The notes under the pieces: generated by a model
The model's database searches: none
Seen by the model: only the letters and a program-made list of their open reading frames with translations
Told to the model about the DNA's origin: nothing
Origin: an uncultured Rhodobiaceae bacterium
GTDB taxonomy: Bacteria; Pseudomonadota; Alphaproteobacteria; Parvibaculales; Parvibaculaceae
Assembly (NCBI GenBank): GCA_913057645.1
Contig: CAJXOU010000005.1
Span: 5,060 to 69,059 of the forward strand
Direction: 5' to 3'
Length of the DNA stretch: 64,000 nucleotides
Made by a program: the position numbers and the translations under genes
Shown: piece after piece, positions 34,083 to 42,011 of the stretch
How positions within the stretch are numbered: the first letter of the stretch is position 1
Layout: each line of letters begins with the position of its first letter

Positions 34083-34588
34083 TGATGGGGAAGGGAAAAC
34101 TCGATCTCGTCGAACGTTTGACAAACGAATGCATCGACTTGTGCCAGACTGTATTGCGCGGACGCAAGCGACTTGAGCCGCTGCTCGATCCCGCTTTCCG
34201 CACACAAAAATTGCTGCGGGCCGTCAACGAACAGAAGACGGCGGTAAACGAGATGGAAGCAGCCGTTGATCGCATCATCGCAGCGGTCGAACGAATGTCG
34301 GAAATTGATTTTTCGGATGCCGCTGCGGCAGAACAGCAGCTTTCCGCTTGCTGCGACGAGATCATGGAGGCTTGTTGCTTCCAGGACCTGACCGGTCAAC
34401 GTATGTCGCAGGTGAACGATACCTTGAACGAAGTCGAGGCCGTGCTTGCCAGCATTGCCGATGGGCGAGCTTCGCCGCAGGTCTCCGTCGCGGGGGAAAG
34501 CCTGCTCAACGGTCCCGCCCTTCCCGGCAACGGCGTCGAACAGGACGTCGTGGACCGCCTTCTCGCAACAAGCGAAGGAAGGCGATAG
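34082..34588 (+). CDS. Short CheZ-like CheY-P phosphatase (tentative)
   Basis: Contains the CheZ catalytic signature FQDLTGQ (D-x3-Q) within a predicted long helix. The C-terminal ..QDVVDRLL.. resembles the CheZ CheY-binding peptide. 1-nt TGATG junction with cheY. Confidence 0.6.
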   Translation: MMGKGKLDLVERLTNECIDLCQTVLRGRKRLEPLLDPAFRTQKLLRAVNEQKTAVNEMEAAVDRIIAAVERMSEIDFSDAAAAEQQLSACCDEIMEACCFQDLTGQRMSQVNDTLNEVEAVLASIADGRASPQVSVAGESLLNGPALPGNGVEQDVVDRLLATSEGRR

Positions 34589-34595
34589 GAGGGAA

Positions 34596-35714
34596 ATGAA
34601 AAGTGGTTCAGAGAAGCTGACAGACAAGGAAGATCGATCTTGCCACGTGATGGTCGTTGACGACTCCGCCATCGCGAGGGGCATCGTCACCCGCACGCTG
34701 GAGGAGGAACAGGGCATCAAGGTTGTGGCCTCCGTGCCGAACGGACTCATGGCCCTGAAGGCGATCGGCAATCACGAGATCGACGTCGTGGTTCTGGATA
34801 TCGAGATGCCGCAACTCGATGGGCTCGCAGCACTTCCGCAATTGCTGGAGCGCCGTCCCGGTCTCAAGGTCATTATGGTCTCATCGGCGAGCCAGCGCGA
34901 TGCGGATATATCGTTGAAGACCATGGCCATGGGCGCTGCGGATTATGTCGCAAAGCCAATGGCCGGTTTGGGTGGCGCCGAAAGTTTTCGAGCGGAGCTT
35001 GTGCGCAAGGTGCGCGAACACGGCGCGCGCCGGACGGCGTCGGCAAGGAAGAAGCACACGCCGGCAAAATCCGCTGCTTCAACTGGAGTTCAGCCGGCCG
35101 CCTCGCGGAAGCCCGCTCGCAAGCTTGTCAAACCCGAGGTCATCGCAATCGGCTCTTCGACCGGCGGCCCGCAGGCGCTTGCCGAGGTGTTGCGGAACAT
35201 CGATCCGGCCTTCACGCAACCCATTCTGGTCACGCAGCACATGCCTGCCACCTTCACGGCGCTTCTCGCGGAACACATGACGCGCTATTCGGGCCGCCTC
35301 GCCGCGGAGGCCCGCGATGGCGAACCGCTTGAGCCCGGACGCATTTACATAGCGCCGGGCGGCAAGCACATGCTGGTCGAACAGCGCGCGGCGGGCGGAG
35401 CGATTATCCGGCTCGACGATGGCCCGCCGGAGAATTCCTGCAAGCCTGCCGTGGATCCTATGCTTCGAAGCCTTGCAAAGACCTTCGGCGAACGTTTGCT
35501 CGTCGTCATTCTGACGGGCATGGGGTGTGACGGACTGAAGGGGTCGCAGACTGTCATTGAGGAGGGCGGCCGCGTACTCGCACAGGATCGCGAGAGCAGT
35601 GTCGTATGGGGAATGCCTGGCGCGGTCGCTCAAGCTGGCCTGTGCGAGGAAATTCTGCCGTTGTGGCAGATAGGTGCAGCGATCGCTCGTATCGCCGGGG
35701 GAGAGGGAAAATGA
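34596..35714 (+). CDS. cheB: Protein-glutamate methylesterase/glutaminase CheB
   Basis: REC (VMVVDDSAIARG, VLDIEMPQLDG) plus a methylesterase domain (IGSSTGGPQAL, HMPATFT, GMGCDG). Start moved to ATG 34596, which has AGGAGGG upstream. Confidence 0.9.
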   Translation: MKSGSEKLTDKEDRSCHVMVVDDSAIARGIVTRTLEEEQGIKVVASVPNGLMALKAIGNHEIDVVVLDIEMPQLDGLAALPQLLERRPGLKVIMVSSASQRDADISLKTMAMGAADYVAKPMAGLGGAESFRAELVRKVREHGARRTASARKKHTPAKSAASTGVQPAASRKPARKLVKPEVIAIGSSTGGPQALAEVLRNIDPAFTQPILVTQHMPATFTALLAEHMTRYSGRLAAEARDGEPLEPGRIYIAPGGKHMLVEQRAAGGAIIRLDDGPPENSCKPAVDPMLRSLAKTFGERLLVVILTGMGCDGLKGSQTVIEEGGRVLAQDRESSVVWGMPGAVAQAGLCEEILPLWQIGAAIARIAGGEGK

Positions 35715-36529
35715 ACAATCTCGAATTCGACTATTTGAAGCAGGTTCTCTACGAACGCTCAGGTCTCGTCGTGACCCGGGAGAAGGGATACCTCATTGAG
35801 AGCCGGCTGGCGCCGCTTGCGCGGCGGAACGGCCTCGAAAGCGTCGATCGTTTCATCGAGGAAACTCGTCGCACGCGAAATGAAGCTGTGCTTACGCAGA
35901 TCATTGATGCGATGACGACGAACGAGACGCTTTTCTTTCGTGATGCCTGGCCATTTGAGCGTTTGAGCAAGACCTTGATGCCGGAGGTCATGGCGAAGAC
36001 GAAGACATCCCGGCGGATCAGGATATGGAGCGCCGCCTGTTCGAGCGGACAGGAGCCATATTCCCTCGCAATGACGCTGGCGGAAATGGCCCCAGCACTG
36101 GCTGGCTGGCAGGTTGAGATTGTCGCCACGGATATTTCGGATGCCATGCTTGCTCGAGCTGAGGCGGGCCGGTATTCGCTGTTCGAAGTATCGCGCGGTT
36201 TGCCCGAACACATGCTCCGCAAGTACCTGCTCCCTGAAAAGGATGGCTGGCGGGTCAAGGATAGTTTGCGCGAGATGATTGAGTTCCGGCGCTACAATCT
36301 GCTCGAAGATCCCTACCAGAGTGGTCTTGGACCTTTCGACATCGTCTTCTGTCGCAATGTGCTGATCTACTTCGATGAAGAAACGCGAAAGCGAGTCTTC
36401 ACGGGGCTTGCTCGTGTCATGCGCCCCTGGGGTTACCTCTGCCTCGGCGGAGCGGAAACGGTGGTTGGAATCTCGGATGCCTTCCGTGTACTGCCCGGGG
36501 AAAGAGGGCTTTTCGGACTCGCGCGATAG
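35711..36529 (+). CDS. cheR: Chemotaxis protein methyltransferase CheR
   Basis: CheR N-terminal helical domain plus a SAM MTase (IWSAACSSGQEPYSLAM, DIVFCRNVLIYFD). ATGA overlap with cheB. Confidence 0.9.
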   Translation: MNNLEFDYLKQVLYERSGLVVTREKGYLIESRLAPLARRNGLESVDRFIEETRRTRNEAVLTQIIDAMTTNETLFFRDAWPFERLSKTLMPEVMAKTKTSRRIRIWSAACSSGQEPYSLAMTLAEMAPALAGWQVEIVATDISDAMLARAEAGRYSLFEVSRGLPEHMLRKYLLPEKDGWRVKDSLREMIEFRRYNLLEDPYQSGLGPFDIVFCRNVLIYFDEETRKRVFTGLARVMRPWGYLCLGGAETVVGISDAFRVLPGERGLFGLAR

Positions 36530-36764
36530 ATCGTTTCATTGGAGGTGTCCAATGTGCGCGATGAGTTGAAGGAAAGCGCTCGGACTGGCTGGCTGGTTGA
36601 CAGTGTGCCGGTGATGGCCGGATTCAGGATGTTGATGAGATCGTCGGCGAGCCGTCCATAGCCACGGCGCGATGGGCACCTGGATTTGCGGTCAGTCGGC
36701 TCAATGCAGTTGACCTGCCCCGACGGACCTCGCATCGTGCTGTCGCACGGATGCGGGTAGCGGA

Positions 36765-37379
36765 ATGAACATCGATGGCGTGCTGATCGCCGGTGGCGGG
36801 GCATCACGGATGGGAGGAAGCGAAAAGCCGCTCGAGCTCCTTTGCGGAAGCCCGCTCATCGAGCATCTGATCGATATCGTGCGGCCGCAGGTTGCGACGC
36901 TGGCCCTCAACGTGAAGGAAGAAGCTGCTACGCTCTATGGCGGCACGGCGACTTCCGGTCTTCCGCTCATCTTCGACCGGTTCGGCGGCGATGCCGGCCC
37001 CTTGGGCGGCGTACTGGCGGGGCTCGAATGGGCCGCCGCGCGAGGCAGCGCATGGCTTGCAACATTTCCCGCCGACACCCCGTTCCTGCCTCGAGATCTT
37101 GTGGCGAGGCTCGCCGCGGAAGCGCACCGGGGCACGCCCGTGGTCGCCGTGACGGACCGGAAGGTGCAGGGCCTCTGTGCGCTGTGGCCCGTCAGCTGCC
37201 AAACCGTACTGGCCGAAGGCATCGAAGCGGGCCGGTATCGCAGCCTCTGGTGGACCCTCGACGACCTTGGCGCGGTGCGCTGTCCATTCGACGATACGCT
37301 GGCGTTCTTCAACGTGAACACGAAAGACGACCTTGCGACGGCCGAGGTCATGGCGCGGAACAGGGACGGCCGCGCATGA
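36765..37379 (+). CDS. mobA: Molybdenum cofactor guanylyltransferase
   Basis: MobA N-terminal signature GVLIAGGGASRMGG..K and its position next to a molybdoenzyme (nasA) regulon. Confidence 0.8.
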   Translation: MNIDGVLIAGGGASRMGGSEKPLELLCGSPLIEHLIDIVRPQVATLALNVKEEAATLYGGTATSGLPLIFDRFGGDAGPLGGVLAGLEWAAARGSAWLATFPADTPFLPRDLVARLAAEAHRGTPVVAVTDRKVQGLCALWPVSCQTVLAEGIEAGRYRSLWWTLDDLGAVRCPFDDTLAFFNVNTKDDLATAEVMARNRDGRA

Positions 37380-37451
37380 ATGTCGCGCATTTCCTTGCGA
37401 AACGCTTCGGGCTTTCTCTCCGACGGGACGCACGGGGCCGCCTGTGCTGTC

Positions 37452-37467
37452 TGGAACGGAACTTGCT
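37452..37467 (+). promoter_or_regulatory. Candidate sigma-54 (RpoN) -24/-12 promoter upstream of nasT
   Basis: TGGAACGGAACTTGCT against consensus TGGCACG-N4-TTGCW has correct GG/GC spacing and one mismatch in the -24 element. Lies about 70 nt upstream of the nasT GTG. Confidence 0.45.
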
Positions 37468-37537
37468 GTATATACCGCAGCCAGGCAACACGGGTTCTGC
37501 CTGAGCGGTACGTGACTCCGGAACGGCGGAGCGGTAA

Positions 37538-38131
37538 GTGGACAGCGTAAAACCCCTCAAGATCCTCATTATCGACAGCAACGACGAACGCGCCGCTGTG
37601 GTGGAGGCCGGCCTTGCGGGCTATGGCGACGCGCAGATTCTGCGTATGGGGTTGCTGGTCGATCTTGCGCGAAAGATCGAGGAAATCCAGCCCGACGTGA
37701 TCTTCGTCGATGTGGACTCACCGGACCGTGACACGCTGGAAAACATGCGCAGCGTTTCCGATGTGCTGCCGCGTCCCATCGTCATGTTCGTTGAGGAAAG
37801 TGGCGCTTCGCTTGCGGAAGAGGCGCTACGTGCGGGCGTCAGCGCCTATATCGTCGACGGGCTGAGCGAGAAACGCGTGAAGCCGATTCTCGACGTCGCC
37901 ATCCTGCGCTTCAAGGTTTTCCAGAAGATGCGGGAAGAACTCGACAAGGCGAAATCCGATCTCGCAAGCCGCAAGGTCGTGGAGCGCGCCAAGGGCCTGC
38001 TCATGGAGCAGCGCAGGCTCTCAGAGGAGGATGCCTACAGGCTCCTGCGCAATACGGCGATGAAGGAAGGAAAGTCGATTCTCGAGATCGCCGACAGTCT
38101 GATTTCGATCTCGAGATTGCTCAAGGGCTAG
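37538..38131 (+). CDS. nasT: ANTAR-domain antiterminator response regulator NasT
   Basis: N-terminal receiver-like domain plus a C-terminal ANTAR helix bundle (VVERAKGLLMEQRRLSEEDAYRLLRNTAMKEGKSILEIA). Sits at the head of the nitrate-assimilation genes. GTG start. Confidence 0.8.
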   Translation: MDSVKPLKILIIDSNDERAAVVEAGLAGYGDAQILRMGLLVDLARKIEEIQPDVIFVDVDSPDRDTLENMRSVSDVLPRPIVMFVEESGASLAEEALRAGVSAYIVDGLSEKRVKPILDVAILRFKVFQKMREELDKAKSDLASRKVVERAKGLLMEQRRLSEEDAYRLLRNTAMKEGKSILEIADSLISISRLLKG

Positions 38132-38319
38132 GCAAAAGCTGGTCGCGCCGTAATCACCTCGTTGAATTTTTGTGCAATGCAAACAAAAATTCCCCTTTAA
38201 AATCAAAACTCTATTGCGCTGCGGCGACGCTTACGTATTCTCGATGATAGATGAGCACGCGGATCGATCCGCGGCGCTCCCCGCCCAGGGATCAACGGCG
38301 ACCCTCCGCGGACATATCC

Positions 38320-38355
38320 GGGCCAATGGCGGCCCACCTCAGACAATGGCGTCTG
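38320..38355 (+). promoter_or_regulatory. ANTAR target: tandem hexaloop hairpins in the porin-nrt leader
   Basis: GGGCC-AATGGC-GGCCC (38320-38335) and CAGAC-AATGGC-GTCTG (38340-38355). Both have 5-bp stems and identical hexaloops with A at position 1 and G at position 4, separated by 4 nt. Confidence 0.65.
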
Positions 38356-38394
38356 TTTCGGCGAGCGATCGCTGGGCAGGCGCTTTTTTGTTTT
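38349..38394 (+). terminator. Leader intrinsic terminator overlapping the second ANTAR hairpin
   Basis: GCGTCTG (38349-38355) pairs with CAGGCGC (38377-38383), with one G-U pair. An inner AGC/GCT helix is present, followed by TTTTTTGTTTT. The 5' arm shares nucleotides with the 3' arm of hairpin 2. Confidence 0.65.
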
Positions 38395-38430
38395 CCGCGG
38401 CAGGACCGCGAAATGAAGGGTGGCTGGCAA

Positions 38431-39657
38431 ATGGCTTTGAAGCGAATGGAGATTGTTCCTGGTGTTCTTGCCGCGATGATCGCGGCAGCGGGACCTGTCC
38501 TCGCGGCGGAAGATTTCGGCGAGGCGCTGCTCGGCGGCAAGCCGATCATCGACCTGCGACTCCGCTATGAGCATGTCGAACAGGATGGTGTCGCGAACAA
38601 TGCCGACGCCTACACGGGCCGCGCACGCCTCGGCTACGAGACGGGCTCCTTCCACGGTTTCACGGCGCTGACGGATTTCGATCTCGTCGGTCATGTCGGT
38701 CCCGAGGACTACAACGACACCGTCAACGGACGCACGAGCTACCCCGTCGTCGCCGATCCGGATACGGCGGAACTGAACCGCTTGCAGATCGCCTATGACG
38801 GGCTGCCCGACACGGCCGTAACGCTTGGCCGTCAGCGCATCATCCTTGGCAATGCGCGTTTCGTCGGCAATGTCGGCTGGCGGCAGAACGAGCAGACCTT
38901 CGATGCGCTGCGCGTCGTCAATTCGAGCGTCGACGGGCTGTCGCTCGGCTACACCTATCTCAACCGCGTGAACCGCGTCTTCGGCGAGGACAGCCCCGTC
39001 GGCCGCTTCCGCGGCGATACGCATCTCGTCAACGCCGACTACACGGGCTTCGGCGGCGTGACGCTCGGCGCTTACGCCTATCTGCTGGATCTGAACGAGG
39101 CGCCGGCGCTGTCGACCGAGACCTATGGCGCGCGCCTCTCCCTGCCGCTCGAACTCGCCGAAAGGACGAAGCTTGCGCTGACGGGCGAATATGCGAACCA
39201 GACGGATTACGAAGGCAACCCGGCCTCCGTCGATCTCGACTACATGCTCGCCGAAGCGGCGTTCTCGCATGCCGCCTTCGGATTTACCGCAGGCTACGAA
39301 GTGCTGGAAGGCGACGGGGCGGTGGGCTTCTCGACGCCGCTCGCCACGCTGCACGCCTTCAACGGCTGGGCGGATGTGTTCCTGACGACACCGGCGGCGG
39401 GTCTCGAAGATTTCTATCTCGGCGCGACATATGCCCTGAACAACATTCCCGCCATCGAGAAGCTCGTGCTCGGCGTGACATGGCACGACTTCTCGGCCGA
39501 GCGCGGCGGCGCCGATTTCGGCGACGAGCTCGACATGGTCGCCAATTTCGTTCTCTCGAAGAACCTCTCGCTCAACCTGAAGTTTGCGAGCTTCGACGGC
39601 GAGAACGGCTTTGCGAGCCGCGACAAGACCTGGCTCTCCCTGACTTACGCCTATTGA
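38431..39657 (+). CDS. Outer-membrane beta-barrel porin (alginate-export/OprO-like family), first gene of the nitrate operon
   Basis: Signal peptide MALKRMEIVPGVLAAMIAAAGPVLAAEDF, alternating beta-strand pattern, and the terminal aromatic ..LSLTYAY. Start moved from 38251, because the upstream part of the track ORF covers the RNA leader. Confidence 0.6.
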   Translation: MALKRMEIVPGVLAAMIAAAGPVLAAEDFGEALLGGKPIIDLRLRYEHVEQDGVANNADAYTGRARLGYETGSFHGFTALTDFDLVGHVGPEDYNDTVNGRTSYPVVADPDTAELNRLQIAYDGLPDTAVTLGRQRIILGNARFVGNVGWRQNEQTFDALRVVNSSVDGLSLGYTYLNRVNRVFGEDSPVGRFRGDTHLVNADYTGFGGVTLGAYAYLLDLNEAPALSTETYGARLSLPLELAERTKLALTGEYANQTDYEGNPASVDLDYMLAEAAFSHAAFGFTAGYEVLEGDGAVGFSTPLATLHAFNGWADVFLTTPAAGLEDFYLGATYALNNIPAIEKLVLGVTWHDFSAERGGADFGDELDMVANFVLSKNLSLNLKFASFDGENGFASRDKTWLSLTYAY

Positions 39658-39683
39658 CCCGCCAATCCTGCAAGGAGTCCGAC

Positions 39684-41099
39684 ATGAAGGACAAGAGCGA
39701 CAAGGACATGAAGACCATCGACCGTCGCAGCGTGCTCAAGACCGGCGGAAAGCTGATCGGCGCGGCGGCGCTCATGAAAGCCGCGGGCGCGCTGGTGCCC
39801 GGCGGCGCCTGGGCGGCGGGAAGCGAGGGGATCGAGAAGACCGACCTTACCCTCGGCATCATTCCGCTCACCGATTGCGCGCCGCTCGTGATCGCGCATG
39901 AGAAGGGATACTTCTCGAAATACGGCATCAACAGCCAGATATCGAAGGAAGCCTCCTGGGCGAATATTCGCGACAAGGTGTCGATCGGCGCGCTCGATGC
40001 GGCGCATATGCTGGCCGGTATGCCGATCGCTTCCTCGCTCGGCGTCGGCGCCATCAAGAAGCCGACCATCACGTCCTATTCGATGGACCTCAACGGCAAC
40101 GGCATCACGGTTTCGAACGAACTTTACGACCGGATGGTGGAAGCCGACCCGGAGGCGATGGCCGAGCGGCCCGTTTCCGCCCGCGCGCTCAAGAAAGTGA
40201 TCGATGCGGACAAGGCGGCCGGCAGAAACCCCATGACCTTTGCCATGGTGTTCCCCGTGTCGACGCACAACTACGAGATCCGTTACTGGATGGCGGATGC
40301 CGGCATCGATCCGGACAAGGACGTTCGTCTCATCGTGATCCCGCCGCCGCAGATGGTGGCGAATCTGCGCGCCCAGAACATCGTCGGCTATTGCGTCGGC
40401 GAACCCTGGAACGAGCGCGCGGTCATCGCGGGAATGGGCAAGACGCTCATCACCAATCACGAGATCTGGAACAACAATCCGGAGAAAGTCGTCGGCGTCA
40501 ATCTCGACTGGGCCGAGAAGAACCCGAACACCCACATGGCGATGATCCGCGCGCTGGTGGAAGCCGCGCAATGGATGGACAAGCCGGAGAACAGGCTCGA
40601 AGTCGTCGAGATCATCTCGCGCAAGTCCTATGTCAACGCGCCTGTCGACGTCGTGAAGATGTCCATGACCGGCACCTTCCGCTATGCCATCGACGAGGAG
40701 CCCCGGCCGCTCCCCGATTTCAATGTCTTCTACCGTTACGCGGCGACGTTCCCCTGGAAGAGCCATGCGATGTGGTTCATCTCGCAGATGATCCGCTGGG
40801 GACAGATCGAACAGCCGCTCGATATCGCGAAGACCGCCGGCGAAATCTACCGGCCGGACATCTACCGTGAAGCGGTGAAGGGGATGGGCATTCCCGTTCC
40901 GGCCATCGACATGAAGACTGAAGGCACGCATGCCGGAGGCTGGACGCTCGAGGAGGCGAGCAAGCCCATCGCCATGGGCCCGGACCTCTTCTTCAACGGC
41001 GATGTCTACGACCCCGCAAGGATCCTTTCCTACATCGACGGCTTCGAGGTGAAGAACCTGGCATTCGCCATGGACGAACTCTCGAAGCTGAACTCGTGA
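39684..41099 (+). CDS. nrtA: Nitrate ABC transporter substrate-binding protein
   Basis: Tat-type signal (DRRSVLKTGG..AAALMKAAGA) and an NrtA/NMT1-like body. AAGGAG RBS before ATG 39684. Confidence 0.85.
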   Translation: MKDKSDKDMKTIDRRSVLKTGGKLIGAAALMKAAGALVPGGAWAAGSEGIEKTDLTLGIIPLTDCAPLVIAHEKGYFSKYGINSQISKEASWANIRDKVSIGALDAAHMLAGMPIASSLGVGAIKKPTITSYSMDLNGNGITVSNELYDRMVEADPEAMAERPVSARALKKVIDADKAAGRNPMTFAMVFPVSTHNYEIRYWMADAGIDPDKDVRLIVIPPPQMVANLRAQNIVGYCVGEPWNERAVIAGMGKTLITNHEIWNNNPEKVVGVNLDWAEKNPNTHMAMIRALVEAAQWMDKPENRLEVVEIISRKSYVNAPVDVVKMSMTGTFRYAIDEEPRPLPDFNVFYRYAATFPWKSHAMWFISQMIRWGQIEQPLDIAKTAGEIYRPDIYREAVKGMGIPVPAIDMKTEGTHAGGWTLEEASKPIAMGPDLFFNGDVYDPARILSYIDGFEVKNLAFAMDELSKLNS

Positions 41100-41110
41100 G
41101 GAGACGTCAG

Positions 41111-42007
41111 ATGAAGTCTGTGGCACTCACCATCGTCGAGCCGGCAGAGGCCCCGGACCCGGCCGGGCTCCAGCCCGCCCCCGCCCCCGATGCAACAACG
41201 GAGACAGCATCGCGCGAGCGCAAACCTCTCGAAGCGCTGGCGCGCGCGATTCTCCTTCCCGCCATCACCTTCGGGCTCGTCCTTCTCGGCTGGACAATCA
41301 TGCAGGCGGCCTTCGTGCCGTCCTTTCCGGATGTTCCTACCGTCTGGAACAAGGCGATCGAGATCTTCTCCGACCCCTTCTACGTCTACGGCCCCAACGA
41401 CATGGGCGTTGCCTGGCAGGTGATGTATTCGCTGGGCCGTGTTGTGGCGGGCTTCCTGCTTGCCGTTGCCGTCGGCATTCCCGCCGGGTTCCTGATCGGC
41501 GCCAACAAGACTTTCGAGCAGGCCTGGATGCCGCTCATCGCGATCCTCCGGCCGGTGAGCCCGCTTGCCTGGCTGCCGATCGGCCTTCTCATTTTCCGGG
41601 CGGTCGACCCCTCCGCGATCTTCGTCATCTTCATCACCAGCATCTGGCCGATGATCCTGAACACGGCGGCGGGCGTGAAGGCCATTCCGCAGGACTATCT
41701 GAACGTCGCCCGCGTGCTGAACTTCAACCGCCGCGAAATGGTCACGAAAATCTACGTGCCGGCAACGCTGCCCTACATGCTGACCGGCATGCAGCTCTCT
41801 CTCGGCACCGCCTGGATGGTGATCGTCGCCGCGGAGATGCTGACGGGCGGCATCGGCATCGGCTTCTACATCTGGGACGAATGGAACAACCTTTCGGTCC
41901 CCTCGATCATCGTTGCCATCGTCATCATCGGTTGCGTCGGCATTCTGCTCGAAGCGGGCATGAACCATATCCGCCGCCGCTACGACTATGCGTCAAAGCA
42001 GGAGTAA
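41111..42007 (+). CDS. nrtB: Nitrate ABC transporter permease
   Basis: BPD-type permease with multiple TM segments and an EAA-like loop. GAGGAGA RBS before ATG 41111 (the track start GTG 41096 remains possible). Confidence 0.85.
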   Translation: MKSVALTIVEPAEAPDPAGLQPAPAPDATTETASRERKPLEALARAILLPAITFGLVLLGWTIMQAAFVPSFPDVPTVWNKAIEIFSDPFYVYGPNDMGVAWQVMYSLGRVVAGFLLAVAVGIPAGFLIGANKTFEQAWMPLIAILRPVSPLAWLPIGLLIFRAVDPSAIFVIFITSIWPMILNTAAGVKAIPQDYLNVARVLNFNRREMVTKIYVPATLPYMLTGMQLSLGTAWMVIVAAEMLTGGIGIGFYIWDEWNNLSVPSIIVAIVIIGCVGILLEAGMNHIRRRYDYASKQE

Positions 42008-42011
42008 CGTC

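Noticed and set aside
34446-34595. 50-codon N-terminal extension of cheB overlapping the cheZ-like gene.
   Set aside because: The CheB receiver begins at MKSG..VMVVDD, with a strong AGGAGGG RBS before ATG 34596. The extension is an out-of-frame read of the cheZ-like 3' end.
36530-36764. Spacer between cheR and mobA. The minus-strand frame reads ..RRGYGRLADDLINILNPAITGTLSTSQP.. (part of track ORF 36433-36807) and could be a gene remnant at the right island junction.
   Set aside because: I could not match the peptide to any family from memory. The ORF overlaps cheR and mobA and lacks a start context. It may be a decayed fragment, but the evidence is insufficient to call a feature.
38167-38189. 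Inverted repeat TTTTTGT-GCAATGCAA-ACAAAAA after nasT, considered as an NtrC site, promoter operator or nasT terminator.
   Set aside because: The arms are pure A/T, so a stable RNA hairpin or a specific operator cannot be argued from sequence alone. It does not match the NtrC or sigma-54 consensus. It probably just marks the AT-rich promoter zone of the leader.
38251-38430. Upstream part of the 468-aa ORF preceding the porin signal peptide.
   Set aside because: The region folds into the ANTAR hairpins and a U-tract terminator, and its translation is Arg/Pro-rich junk. A proper signal peptide begins at 38431.
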